This document shows positions 14,492 to 27,800 of a DNA stretch of 64,000 nucleotides, in pieces. Both the position numbers and the translations under genes were made by a program. The stretch's first letter is position 1. Every line of letters begins with the position of its first letter. Origin of the DNA: Takakia lepidozioides (taxonomy: Eukaryota; Plantae; Bryophyta); contig CM060732.1 in assembly GCA_030704615.1 (NCBI GenBank), positions 56,668,001-56,732,000 of the forward strand. Direction: 5' to 3'. A model generated the notes under the pieces. It saw nothing but the letters and a program-made list of their open reading frames with translations, was not told where the DNA came from and did no database searches.

Positions 14492-16930
14492 TTAAATTAG
14501 ATAGAGCCTGTTTGGCCATAACTTTGGCATACCAAGGCCGGCCTTGAATCCAACCTGCTCCTTGACATTGTCATAGACTATCAGGTGGTCTTGTTGCTGG
14601 ATGTTACCGATGATGCTGAAGGTGAAGCCGGAGGACATAGCCAGACAAAGAACGTCGACGTCAACGGCGAACCATGTGTTCTCTGGTGGGGCAAAGTAAT
14701 CAACTCCAGGGAAGTGCATCACCAAGTCTGGAAATTTAGGATTTGAGACACCAGAAACGTTGACGCATAGATCCAGGGAGTAGAGACCAAGAGAGTTAGA
14801 TATCACTGGGTAGGTGTTTGCTGACACGAAGGTCTGCAGCACACAGCATGATTGAAAGATTATCAGCTTGAAGTTATGAAGAAGTTATCAAGTACCTGCA
14901 CTAGAACGTTGAATAGCTACCTCTATATTCCAACTGCTATCCCAGGTTAAGGCTTCTCTTTATTGCAACAATGCTTGATTTTGATAGATCACTATATTCC
15001 TCCAGTTTAATATGAAAGTCCCCATGGTGTGGAGACTCGCATTGCCAAAACAGCCTTGAACGTCGAGATGATCTAAATTTTTTAAGCTATTCAAAGTGTA
15101 AGAGCTCCACATGCAACTGTTAGAAAGCTAGACTGACTACTTGAAAGAATTACATTGAATCAGATAAAGAAAAATACGTCTAAATTCTTTGACCTACCTC
15201 TTGCAAACACTACAAAATATGCCTCCCTTATGTCCAGGAGCAATAGAATTCAAAAAAGATAGGGCTGCCGTATTCGACATTTCTCTCGAGAGTTCTTTAA
15301 AGGTGGTTAAGTAACGAGTTTGACCTTTCGGTAACTTCTGTTGATGATCAGGGAAATTAGTTCGTAATCCAACTAATTACGAAATTAGTTGATAGTGTAC
15401 AACACTCTCGCCTTACCTTCAAGACGATGTCATAAGCATCTTGGGCCAAAAAGGTGAGGGTTGTTCCTGAATCGAGGATGTTCCCTCCGCTGCCATCAGA
15501 ATTGATTTGAAACGAGCTTTGGTTGATATTCAGTAGCTTCCCGTCAATACTGATGCCATTGACACCCACATAATAAAACGTTGGGTTGACTGGGTTGGCA
15601 AGAAGTGGAGTGTAGGCGATCCCTGAAACATTAGTGGCTACTGTATCTCCTAGGATTAGCTGACTGGTCGCGTTGGTTGCAGTCTCGAAGTTCACCAAGC
15701 AATAAGAGAACTTGCTGGCAAAGTTAATAGAGGCTAACTGAGAGGGAAGGGAAACCGGGCCTTTTCCCAGATCCACAAGCCCACCTGCTCCAAGAAAATT
15801 ACCTTGTTGGTTGTGACTACATCCAAAGGCAATCTTGGGAATGTGAGACTGTCCTCCTTTGGTCGTGCTCATAGTGACTGTCTCATAGGAAAAGTCACCC
15901 TGGGTGTAGGAAAAATCTCCATACAGGTAGACGTAATCGCAGGTTTTTTTTTTGCTGCAGGCTACACTGGGAAGTGCCTAGGACATACAATTCAACAAAC
16001 ACTTTTGTCAATATTTAATCTATGCCGCTCGTGGGACAAAGCTGTAAACAAATATCTTCAGGATACTAGCTTAACGGAACTCACTCGTGAGACATGACGT
16101 GACCCTCTTTGAAAATATTGAACCCGAACCGCGCGTCAGAGACATAATGGGGACCATGGCTAACCGTCTTAAAGTTGCACACGCACAGATTGCTAACCTG
16201 AGGTAGATTATTTTGGAAAACATTCTAGACCGTAAACTTGTTGCATTTCAGCGTCCGACGTATGCTAGGAGAATTAGAGCATTCATAATGGAGACACGAG
16301 ATTGGTATCATGTAAGCAGTGGTACCTGGCACAAGCCGTTAGTACAAGACGTCTTCTTGTATGTTTTCGATCTCTTAGGGTTAAAATACGGTTCTGTCTG
16401 ATTATAACAAGTTTTGCAAGGCAGGCACTGAACCCACACCAAATCACTTCCAGTGTCCACAATGCCCGTAAAATTCTGTGGAGGTGTGCCGAGGGAGATT
16501 TCCATCAAATACTCTCCATTATCAGCTGATACAGGGCTCTTCAGACCCTTGGGGGCTTTGATGCTTCTGGATATTTGCTTTTGGCGAGCATAGCTCCTCG
16601 TCACAGCCGCACGAACCCTCTGGGCCAAGGTTTGGGTTGTTGATGACGTCGACGACGACAAGTAGTCGCGGTGAAACAGCTGGCCCGCAAACCCCGTTGA
16701 AAATTCCTGTGCAGAACAGAAACATCACGAGTATCTAAAAGATGCACATCCACTGACATGAAACCTATATTGATAGAACCCAGGAACACCCAAAAGCTGC
16801 AGCTCTTGTGCAAATTCCAACCCAGACAAGATCCAATCCAGCGTCTCACCTCAGCAGTACTCATGCCTGCAAGACAAGATTGTGCGACGAGACTCGCCAG
16901 TATCAGCACACCCCACACAGCTCCATTCAT
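14492..16930 (-). CDS. Nepenthesin-like aspartic protease paralog, 4 exons: 16930-16850, 16706-16326, 15977-15417, 14833-14492
   Basis: Signal peptide, QLFHRD, GEYLMEISLGTP, IVDTGSDLVWVQC, ILDSGTT, SIIGNIQQQ. Intron arrangement matches paralog 1 and the frame is open. It has LVDLG for LVGLG and an altered C-terminus lacking the final Cys. Confidence 0.88.
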
Positions 16931-17433
16931 CTCAATCTCTCTTGCTGTGCTCGAGGTGATGAAGACTAGAGCTCACCAGTTCAGGAAGACGGCACAGGGG
17001 CTCACATTTAAACGGCAACCCCACCTCGATACAAACGGTCACAGTACAGGTCACAGTACAGCCTGTATTTTTCGTGTTTCTTTTTTCTGTGTCCTCAAAA
17101 CGCAAATTAATTTCTAAATAAAGCTCTCAAGCCTGGCTTTCTCCCCTTTTCCCAAAATAAAATAAAATAGAATTCCTTACAATATATATGTAAATAAATT
17201 CCAGACTGCTTCCGTATTCACACACACCAAATATGGTGTAATATGTCTCCAATAGCATCCCATGTGAACATCTAACAGCATATATAACATAATTGTTTCT
17301 GGCTGAGAATAAATAATTAAATATTATTTTTAGAATATTTATCGCACTGAATTTCTTTATTTTTCGTTAATATGTTTAATTAGAAAGTATAATTGCAATT
17401 ACAATCTCTCACATTTTCTGTAGTTCCATTACC

Positions 17434-17600
17434 GCCAGTGGGTAGCTCCGTTGGATAGAGCACTGAGTGGCAATCAGGGTTCAAATCCTGCTACCTTGTC
17501 AGTTGTGGATAATCGTCTCCCCCTTCCCTTAGGCGGTGTCCCTTGAGCCTCCTGCTCGGTGCCTCATGATGACGAGATTAGGTTATTTTCTCCTCTCAGT
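17434..17600 (+). mobile_element. tRNA-derived SINE-like repeat
   Basis: A-box-like TAGCTCCGTTGG and B-box GGTTCAAATCC. Colinear similarity to 8209-8378. Confidence 0.6.
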
Positions 17601-18774
17601 ATGGGCCTGATGCTATTTCCCTTTCATTTTTTTAAAATTAAGGATTTTGTGCCAACAAAAAGCGATTGTGCATCCTATGTCCCATGGCAAGACCTACTGG
17701 CGTGGTTTCTTTGAAAGAGGTTTTCTCTTTTTTTTCTTTTTTTTCCTTAAGGGTAACACTTGGGAGCGACAGCTCACTGCAACTCAGGCCTAGTGAGGGT
17801 GTAATTAAGGGAAAACAAATTAAGGGAAGCAGTCGGCTCCATTTATTATTAGATAAAATAAAGTAATGTGAGTCCAGGAAACTATGTTTCTCAAAAAACA
17901 ATTCCTTCATCTTTTTGTTCCAGCGTTCACACCGCAGCCTGCAAGCTCCAAATTGAACTTCAAACAAAGTTCCGAAGTTAAAGAAGGGAAATACAAAGTA
18001 GGCGAGAGTTCACCCCAACAGTGACGGCCCCTCCAACTCTGCAGCCTGACAACAAAAAAACAAAATGGCACACGTCTCCGATTGGAAATTTGCAAGCAAA
18101 GTGGAATTATCGAACTAATAAGCAAGAGAGATGCATGCCAGACAAGAGATTGCGCAGGGGCATCCGGCCAGGGAGGCGAATTGTCTCATCCAACACACGT
18201 ACTTCCTGCCGTCGTAAACACCTGTCCAGGGGACATTCTCAGACAGAATCGGCCGCATCCTTGGATTTCTTGAATTGCCCCCGACCAAATCTCGTCATTT
18301 AGGATCAAATACGCATACGCCAAGTAAAAAGTCAGCCCAAGGGATTTACGGATTTGCGATCCGAGGCCCAGTCTGGAGACCTTTCCGCAGTTTTCCCCTT
18401 TGCCACCTGGCAAGATTTTTTTTCCTCGAGGTCCTTTTCGGAGGGTGCTCGTTGGATCATCGCAGTAGCCGTCTTCTTGTGCTTCATTCTACACAGATAA
18501 AGAAAATACATGCGGAGCGCGGGTACAGAATGTAACCCACTGTCAGAGAGGATACGGTTCAGGAGGGTTCCTTTAGATGTAGGAAAGTGTGCAGTAGAGC
18601 GAAGCGGGAGGGGGGCAATGGGATTGTGTCCAGCCACATCCAGGCGCCCATTGTGCGAATGTGCACACCTGGCGCGAACCAGCCTTCAGCGAAGGCGAGA
18701 GACCGCTGGGCCCGCCGCACTGAGAAGGTATGTAAGGGAGGGTCTACTCCAACTGCTACCTTCTAATCTACACC

Positions 18775-19330
18775 CAAGGCCTCCTAAAAAGCAAAACTAT
18801 GGAACAGGTACCATAAGAATAGCTCCAGTATTCTTGATACTGGATTAGAATTAGATTCACTTTCCTCCGGCTCCAAATTAGTAAAAAGCTCAAAGAACCG
18901 ATGGTTGATTCGGTGGTCTTTTTTTTTAACCTTCGCCCGTCTCCCGTTCACACTTGACGCCAAATGACAGCTTCTCCATCCGCAGGCTTCGGTGGCTAAA
19001 CCCGCGAACCCTATTTCGCCGATGCGCAGTTCGGGCTCGCCAAAAATCGTCTGCCAGCACCGTACGCGCCAGAATGGGCGGGCCCGGCCGTACTGTTGTA
19101 CTTTTATACCAACATACGTCATACACGGAACGTACAAAAGTACAATGCTATATCTACAGTACACGTTACTATACATATGATGCGGCATATACTCATGTCA
19201 GTCATCCGTCGGATGAAACCCCGGGGCACACGTGCGACAAAACCCTGCAGAATGTAGTGCGGAACGATTCGACCAGCTTGGAAGCAGGGCGAGAGGGGGA
19301 ATTGATCCCCAACAACATGTAGTGGTGTTT
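18775..19330 (+). repeat. Dispersed repeat, copy 1 (copy 2 at 34594-35128)
   Basis: Colinear similarity from CAAGGCCTCCTAAAAAGCAAAA to GACCAGCTTGGAAGCAGGG...GTAGTGGTG, with indels. Confidence 0.85.
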
Positions 19331-20109
19331 TTGAACCATAAAACCTCATGTCTGGATTTGCCTATTCTCAAATGGTGCCTTGAATTTTATCATAAACCTT
19401 TTTACCCAACACCTCCCAATACCTTAACCCCTAAAGGCCGGAGCGACCTGAATTGGGTCGCTGTCGATTTCTTCCGTGAATGAACTCGGATGAAAAACTT
19501 TTCTGAATGAAAAGTGAGCGGGGCAATTATTGCCACACGCTCCAGTTTAGTACACCCCAAAAAACCCTAAACTCCGCCCGCTACAATTTTTCAAAGGGGC
19601 AGGAGGACCCTAGATCGACGGATCTGAGGCTGCCACCGCCATTGACCCACCGACGTGGTAGGTCACTGCCAATCAGCGTCCGGGAAATATTTTGAGTTGA
19701 ACCAGCCAGTGGCCGCTCATTTTCAGCACCAACAGGCTAAGTGGGTTGGGGGGTCGGCTGCTGCCCCTTGGTGGTAACTTCAGGCGGTCAATTTCCTACA
19801 TATTGTTTTACAACCGATAATATTCCTTCTTCTTTTTTTGTGTTCGGCTATAAATCCGGCCATTGTACATATCAACCGGTTCATTTCCTGCAAATGAAAA
19901 ATAAATTCGGCTGCATACAAATTCAACAAATGAACAACAATAAATAATCACAACCAATTTTAAGCAATTCAAACAAGTGCAGAAAAGTATCCTTGGCAGG
20001 AGTTGAACCTGTCAATGCCCTCCACCATTTGGAGGCCAAGGATCGAACCCTTCTAAAATGCAAGGACCTCAACCAAAAATTGAAGGGCCTTGAATTTTAG
20101 AAGCGTTAC

Positions 20110-22294
20110 CTATCTAAACAAACAAACAAACATAAATTCAAAACTGCAAATCATCATTGGTACCTTATGCATTTGATGGCCCACCTTCTGGTTGTCCACT
20201 ATTGGCTGTCCAGCTAAATATAGCTTAGGATGAGAGAACAAATGTCTGAAGTTTGTGGAGTTCTTCCACAAAGATATGGCCTCAATCAAAACAGGTTGAC
20301 ATGCCTGCACACTTGGCCCTTCCAAAGCAACACGAAGCACATTTTCCAAGTTCTTTGTTTTCAACTTGTTTCGAAAAGTTTTCATACTTCATCGCTAGAG
20401 AAGGGTTCCAAGTCACCATGCCCCAAAGATCCTTGAAAGTTTTCTCCATCCACTCGGTACTTGCCTGTAGTTTGAAAGCAAAGAACTCTCGTTTCACCGC
20501 TGCTATGTCAATAAGGGCAGGCAATGTCCTTCCTGCAATCTATCTCTCCACACCATAGTGCGCACATAATATTTCCAACTCTACTACACCCCAACTTGCT
20601 AACCGCACTTGCCTAGTTGGTAGGTTACATGGACTCAATATTTTGAATGCACTTACAACTCCATTGTCCTCAAATCTGGCATCCAAAGCATTGCAAACAG
20701 CCTCTGCATAAAGCTTTTGGAAGGTAAGTGCTGCCTCCAAATCACCCCCCATCCTCTCTTGTGTCATTTGTACACCATGAAATTTGGATCCCCTAATCTC
20801 AGAGGCTAGCCGCCTCAAATACCCACCAGGAGGACCAAACTCCGGGATGATGTGATAACCCGTTTCCTCATTGAAGGTGGATTGGTTCAAATCCGTGCTA
20901 TCCTCAATGAAAAACATTCGTATTTGTGCAATCTCTGTCTTAACTATGGACCCAATGCTGGTTACATCCACAAACTTCCATTGGAACACACGTGAGAGTA
21001 GAGATAGACCGTGCAACATATCAGCCAAAAAATACAAGACATAAATCATTTTGAATGACCTTAGCTTGTTATACAAAAGAGGGGCTGATCTATCATCCTT
21101 GGCAGCCGGCACATCTCTAAAATACGTGAGAACACTCTCAAGACTATCACAAAGCGATGTCACGGCCTGCCACCTAGATAACCAACGAATCTTGTGAAAC
21201 CTTTTGAGGCACTTCTGAGCATCATTAAGCTCGGTCTGCAAAGCTTGCAAGGCTGCCTTACGCTTAGATGATTTGCGAAAATGACCAGCACGAGAGTTTA
21301 AAAGTGTGTCAACCTCATTTGAAATAAGATCACATGGTGATGTCTTGGCAGCTTCTAATGCTGCCAAGTTGGTCCTATGTGCTACGCAATGGACGGCCAA
21401 CATAAAGGGGTTTACCTTTTGCGAAAGACGAGCAGCCACGCCGGATCGAGCCCCCACCATGGTTGCTGCCCCATCCGAACCAAACCCCAAAAACTTATCT
21501 AGATCCAAACCCCACTCTTTCAAACTAGTTAGTAAACACTCATATATCATTGCGACATCCTTCTTGCCATCAATAATCTGAAGTAACCCCAAAAACAGAG
21601 TGACTGGCAAACCCTCTTCAACAAAAGAAGCAAAAACAACAAGATGACCGGTCACTGAAATGTCAGTTGACTCATCTATCATGATTCCATAGTACTTTGA
21701 ATCCTTCACTCTATCCAACACCTTCTTCTGAACAACACATGAGATACAAAACAATATATCAGCACATGACTTCTCATCAAGGTACAGTTTCTGGGTAATA
21801 CAAGCTTTGAGAGTAACCAAAAGTTGACACAAACCTGGAAATTTGCTAAATGGCAAGGCCTCCAAACCAATGTAGTAAGCAGCTTGGAAAAGAGCCAAAA
21901 CAGCATCATCACAAGCTCGGTTAGCACTAGCTATGGCTTTCTCCATGGCTTTCTTACCAGATTGTAGGGTTACGATGCTCTTCTGACCTAGCATGGTCTT
22001 GGAATGAACTCACCTTGACATTGACAGAACCAGCATTTGCAAAGACTGTCCTCCCTCCTTTCCCTCTACAAACTTTACAAAAAACCCTATCTAGATCATG
22101 GTTAAACTCAATCCAATCAAATTGAGTGTACCAAGCATCTTTCCATGCTTTCTGGGCTGCCTCTACACTATTCGATGGCTTGTCCATACCACTTGAAGAT
22201 GAGGCAGAGGGACAGCGGAAGACTCCTCATCACAATCACCAGTGCGACCAGCCCTAAATAACATATTTCTTAGATTCCTTTGGCGCTTGGCCAT
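20110..22294 (-). pseudogene. hAT-superfamily transposase (ZNF862/ZMYM-type with TTF-like Zn finger), disrupted
   Basis: W..QFDWI...VFCKVC...H..SEEH, then IMIDESTDIS, FGSDGAATMVG, HCVAHRTNLA, IRWLSR and RNKL...LEN. Frameshifts near 22190 and 21960, a stop at 20540 and an apparent deletion in the dimerisation region. Confidence 0.9.
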
Positions 22295-22645
22295 AGCCAA
22301 GACCTTACAAAATACAAATATATAGCACGGAAATTGCAACAAGGAAGGGCCAGCGATCACTAAAGGGATTGAAGGGAGGGAGGACGAGGAAGTCAGCTGG
22401 GCTCGGGAGGAAGCACTGCGAGTGGAGAACCAGGTCTTGAGAGAGCAGGGAGGAGAGATGGACACAGAGACCATACCGTCTGCCGTTGTTTCGCACCACC
22501 GGGACCTCCTTGGAAGTATGCTGCCTCCAGACCCCATGGAAAAGTTGAATGCCTCAAGAGCATCATCAAGTGCAAAGAAGAAACCGGAGGTGACTATCAA
22601 CCCTCTTTATCCTTTTTTGTGTCTGTTCCATGCTCATCAGAGAGA

Positions 22646-23226
22646 TCGACATCAACCTTGCGTCAACGCAAGGTTGATGTCGACATCCACAGTGTATGTT
22701 CTAGGCATGAAATGAGTGCAGATGCTGCACTCAAATCAACCTTGCGTTGACGTGAGTTGATCGTGTGCCTTTTCTGTTCAATCCCACAAACCCTAAACGC
22801 CTGGCAGCCATGGAACTGTTGAATGCTCCCGGTGCATCATACAGTGCCAAGAAGAAACCATAAGTTGCAATGTGCCTTTCTATGTGATTTTTGTGTTTGT
22901 TGAACACCAATCTGAGAGCTCCACAGCAACCTTGCGTCAACGCAAGGTTGATGTCGACCTCCAAAGCATTTGTTTATGAAGGTGACATGAAGCAGATTCA
23001 GCACTCAAATCAACCTTGCGTTGACGCGAGGCTGATTTTGATGCCACTCTCTGCATCTGAAGTCTCGCACCAGGAAAGGAAAAAGTAGGGAAAGTCGATT
23101 ATCTGAAGCCACCAAAAGAACCCTGCGTCAACGCAAAGCATTTAGTTGGTTCAATGGACTGTTGCAGTATGCATTTCAGACTAAGCTGCATACCCATCAA
23201 TCAACCTTGCATCAACGCAAGGTAGA
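22646..23226. repeat. Cluster of family-A palindromes TCAACCTTG-CGTCAACG-CAAGGTTGA
   Basis: About 6 copies (~22646, 22736, 22927, 23010, 23119, 23201). The first has 17-bp perfect arms. Part of the cluster lies in a ~275-bp local duplication. Confidence 0.9.
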
Positions 23227-23279
23227 TCCATGGGAGCTCAATCTATCACTCACAGGGATATTCATTCTGTACAGAGGAA

Positions 23280-24870
23280 AAGAGCATAAAGGGGAGCAAA
23301 ATCAGTGTGCTTTGAAGCACACTGTTTGGTGCTCCAAATTAGGGGCTTTCTGACATGGCATTCTGGCCGTGTGTGGCCCATTTTGAAATCTAAAAACGGG
23401 CTGAGAGAGGGGCACAAGCAGTGTGCGTTGACCCACACCGTTTCGTGCTTCCAACTATGGGGTTTTTTGACATGGCATACTGGCCCTGTGTGGCCCATTT
23501 AGACATCAATAAACAAGCATAAAGGGGAGAAAAATCAATGTGCTTTGAAGCACACTGTTTGGTGCTCCCAATTAGGGGTTTTTTGACATGGCATTCTGGC
23601 CGTGTGTGGCCCATTTTGAAATCTAAAAATAGGCTGAGATAGGGGCACAAAGAGTGTGCGTTGACACACACTGTTTGGTGCTTCCAACTATGGGGTTTTT
23701 TGACACGGCACACTGGCCCTATGTGGCCCATTTAGACATCAATATACAAGCATAAAGGGGAGCACAAAGAGTGTGCTTTGAAGCACACTGTTTGGTGCTT
23801 CCAATTAGGGGTTTGTTAGCATGGCATATTGGGCCTGTGTGGCCCATTTTGAAATCTAAAAATAGGCTGAGAGAGGTGCACAAACAGTTTGCGTTGACGC
23901 ACACTGTTTGGTGTGTCTAACTATGGGGTTTTTTGACATGGCATTCTAGCCGTGTGTGGCTCATTTGGACATCCAAAAACAGGCTGAGAGATGGGCACAA
24001 ATAGTGTACGTTGACGCACACTGTTTGGTGCTTCCAACTATAGGGTTTTTTGGACATGGCATACTGGCCCTGTGTGGCCCATTTAGACATCAATATACAA
24101 GCATAAAGGGGAGCAAAAATAGTGCGCTTTGTAGCACACTATTTGGTGCTCCCAATTAGGGGTTGTTTGACGTGGCATTCTGGCCGTGTGTGGCCCATTT
24201 TGAAATCTAAAAATAGGCTGAGAGAGGGGCACAAACAGTGTGGGTTGACCCAAACTGTTTGGTGCTTCCAACTATGGGTTTTTTGACACGGCACACAAAA
24301 CTTGTGTGGCCCATTTAGACAACAATATATAAGCATAAAGGGGAGCAAAAACAGTGTGTTTTGAAGCACACTGTTTGGTGCTCCCAATTAGGGGGTTTTT
24401 GACATGGCATTCTGGCCCTGTGTGGCCCATTTTGAAATCTAAACACAGCCTGAGAGAGGGGCACAAGCAGTGTGCGTTGACCCAAACTGTTTGGTGCTTC
24501 CAACTATGTGGTTTTTTGACACAGCACACTGGCCCTGTGTGGCCCATTTAGACATCAATATACAAGCATAAAGGGGAGCACAAACAGTGTGCCTTGAAGC
24601 ACACTCTTTGGTGCTTCCAATTAGGGGTTTTTTAACATGGCATATTGGCCCTGTGTGACCCATTTTGAAATTTAAAAATAGGCTGAGAGAGGTGCACAAA
24701 CAGTTTGCGTTGACGCACACTGTTTGGTGTGTCTAACTATGGGGTTTTTTGACATGGCATTCTAGCCTTGTGTGGCTCATTTGGACATCCAAAAACAGGC
24801 TGAGAGATGGGCACAAACAGTGTGCGCTGACGCACACTGTTTGGTGCTTCCAACTACGGGTGTTTCGAAC
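23280..24870. repeat. Tandem satellite, ~116-117 bp monomer x14, higher-order 7-mer (~816 bp) x2; each monomer carries a palindrome
   Basis: Palindromes CAGTGTGCGTTGACGCACACTG or CAGTGTGCTTTGAAGCACACTG at ~23303, 23419, 23536 ... 24818. Monomer types run a-b-a-b-a-c-d twice. Confidence 0.92.
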
Positions 24871-24924
24871 TTGCCATCTTTCTTGCTGCAGTTGGAAAAA
24901 CGAGCGGTGGCTGCACTTGGGGAG

Positions 24925-27800
24925 TCAATGGCAGACTACAAAATCCAGATGTCTTGCCCCCGGATCACACTGGAGGCCTATATCAAGAGATGGAAGCTCG
25001 CTGTATGGGACAACTATTTTTTCAGGGAGTTTGAGAGAGAAAAAGGAATCTCCAGGTCCTACGAATTCAAAAACCAGTACAACAGCGAGCAAGCAATAAA
25101 ACGAGTGTTGTACAAGTGTGACCTCCAAGAAACAATTCTGGTACTTGAAGTGTATGTTTCTGTATTCTTGTTTCGTTTTTTCCATGTAGAACTACGAATT
25201 CGGAGGTTTTTAGGGAGCTCTGAAGGCTCTGGACGTGCAGCTGAGCAACATTGCATTAACGCAAGCTTGTATCCCTTTGTTTTGGTTTCACTTTCATGTA
25301 CCTGGGGTATCCAATGAAGTCGTTATTCTGCATGTGAAAGGGCAAAAACTGACAGGCAAATCAACCTTGCGTCAACGCAAGGTTGATGAAGGGCCTGGTT
25401 GTGTAGGTTTTCCTGTGTTCTTGGGCTGTTTTTTTGGTGGTTTCCAGTTGCAATGCTGCCAGGATGAACTTAAAGTCTGTTTGGAGTCTGTTTGAAATGC
25501 TATTTAGAGCTTACACTGTACCATCAAACAGTCTTGCGTTGACGCAACGTTGTTTGACGGTATGGATTGCTAGATTAATCCCGCCAAAATACCCCGATTT
25601 CCATACAATTGTAGGAAAGTTAAGGTTATCAAAAATACCCTGGACAGGTGTTTCAGCAGAGGAATTCAACCTTGCGTCAACGCAAGGTTGAATATCCATA
25701 CCAGCAGATATTCGGATGGTGGTTTTCAATCACTGTTTTCCATTTCCTCTGTTAATGAAAACAACCTTGCGTTGACGCAATGTTGAATTCCGTTGCCAAG
25801 CACCGTCCCTTTCAATGCTACATTATCAGCCAATCTTCTTTGCGTCAACGCAAGGTTGATTGGGGTTCCAATGTTGTGCATGAGATGTTTTAGGATAATG
25901 GGCTTTCCCTCTCGTACATGCTTGTTGAAATTGCAGTTCTCCAAATTTGGTGTTTCCCATTTCAGCTCGAATCAACATTGCGTCAACGCAATGTTGAATC
26001 GGGCTTTCAAACGTTGGTTTATCAGTGGTACTGACCTGCATGCCAATACACTTCTCGTGATGTGTGATTTGTGTCCTGATCAGATCGATTGACTGTCTGG
26101 ATTTTGGGTGTGTGTGTCATTCAGGTATATGTATCATGTCCTCATACCGGGAAAGTACCTTAGCGATGACCCAGACTTCATCTACTCATGGGCTGACCCC
26201 TCCAATGACAAGACAATGTACACGGCTGGTATTGCCAGAGACTGGAGCAGGGCGCACTTCAGAGACTGTGGGTGGTACCTCGATCTGCCAAACAGGACAC
26301 ACCATTCGATGAAGTTGTTTTGAGAAATCTTAACGACAACGCTGCGGCACTTGCCCCACTGGCTGACAAAGACATTCAGGACAGAATCATTGCTGCTCTG
26401 GCTGCAAAAGAGCCTAAGAAATCTGCTACTCCAAAATGGAAGGGGAAGATTGTCGGGGATCCGAAGGGGAAGGGGAAGAGTGCAGCTCCGCATGAACAGG
26501 GCCCGTCAGAGGTCACTGAAAGACAGCCTTCTCCAACTAGGAGGGATAGGAGAATAGCAAAGTCGAGGGAGCAGCCTTTCGATGCGAGAGAACATCCATC
26601 CAGGGTTTTGGGCCAGTTCCATCGTAAGGTGGTAAATGAAAGTTTTCTGGCAATGATGGAATCCAGGAAGTTGACATTCAAAGGGGTGCCCTCGAAATCA
26701 TGGGACATGCTTGTTTCGTTCCTCACTCAGGTAAGCACATATGTCTTAACTGTTGTGTGAATAATTTTGTTTTGGCAACTTGTTCTGGCTTGTCGATGGG
26801 ATTGATTTCCTGTTAGATCAAGATTGGGCTTGTGACACTGTCTCCTGTTTTTGGCTGTAGGTCACAAAAAGGTCGGATTGGGTGAATGGAGTTCAGCAGG
26901 CATACGCGACTGACCTTGTGGTGCTGGACATTCCTGACGGTTTCCTTGTCCCTGATGTGTTGCCTTCCAATTCAACCCCCACTTGGAACAAATCGGATTC
27001 TCGTTACTGGCAGTGGGCCTTCTCATTCAACAACAAATTCCTGTCTGACTCGGGGGCTCTTCTTCTCATGCAGTCAAAGGATATGTCGGCACGGAGAACT
27101 CTTTTCAGCTACATGAAAGCTTCCGGGTTTCGTGTCATCAAAACTTGGACATGCATCAACACTCTGCCTCTTACGAAGGGCGAGTTCCCGGGGCAGAAAG
27201 TGAGTTGGTTCCTTTGAATTAATGTTTTGTGGTTCTGATGTACATGTCAAAAGTTGGTTTTGTTTTTGCCTCATGCTCTCTTCGTGATTATTGACAGACT
27301 CGGGTGTTCGAAGCTTTGTGCCTGGAGGGTGCGTAAGGACACTCTTCCTCCTGGTATTACTGAGTTCCAGTTGAGGGACCTTGCAGCTCACATTGACCCC
27401 ACCTGCGAGCCTGTGGAGGATGATGTAATCTTCAATTACGTGGACTCGGGTCGAACCACGAAAAGGTCGACCGGTGTCCCTTGGAGAGGTGTACGGGAGA
27501 AATCCCCAGCTTTCATGCAGACTTTGGTGGAGACATGCAGCCGTCACGGTGGACGAGTGATTGACTTGTCTATGGGAACAGGTGGGGCCCTGAACACTGT
27601 GTTTGAAATGTGGGCAGTGAGCTTAGGGAAGCCCTATTTTGATTTCTCGTTCATCTTCGAGTTGCATGAGCATCTTTTCATGCGTGCAAAAGCGCCGGAA
27701 GGCACTTCTTCGGCATGGAGGCTGATACGGAGCTCTTCTCAAGCGAGCTTCATCAGCTTGAGTCGGGCACTACTTCTACCCCATCCACGGAGGGACTTCT
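24925..27800 (+). pseudogene. Family-A MTase-like gene, 5'-truncated (middle domain plus beta-class amino-MTase-like domain; ParB exons absent)
   Basis: Exons encode LEAYIKRW, WADPSNDKTMYTAGIARDW..HFRDCGWYLD, DLVVLDIPDG (motif IV-like), PWRGVREKSPAFMQTLVETCSRHGGRVIDLSMGTG (motif X-I) and ASFHACKSAGRHFFGMEAD (motif II). Homologous to the genes at 43-48 kb and 57-62.6 kb. Confidence 0.8.
25246..26000. repeat. Intronic cluster of family-A palindromes
   Basis: About 7 copies of CAACMTTGCGTYRACGCAAKGTTG (~25246, 25361, 25533, 25666, 25762, 25839, 25972) inside the intron at ~25116-26124. Confidence 0.88.

Noticed and set aside
19414-19465. piggyBac-like end TTAA|CCCCT with hairpin AGCGACC...GGTCGCT, or the left end of element A
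   Set aside because: No matching opposite end or TSD was found, and it does not resemble the A/B/C terminal signature.
23262-24720. Repetitive ORFs (MGHTGP..., CALTHTV...)
   Set aside because: They are translations of the tandem satellite.
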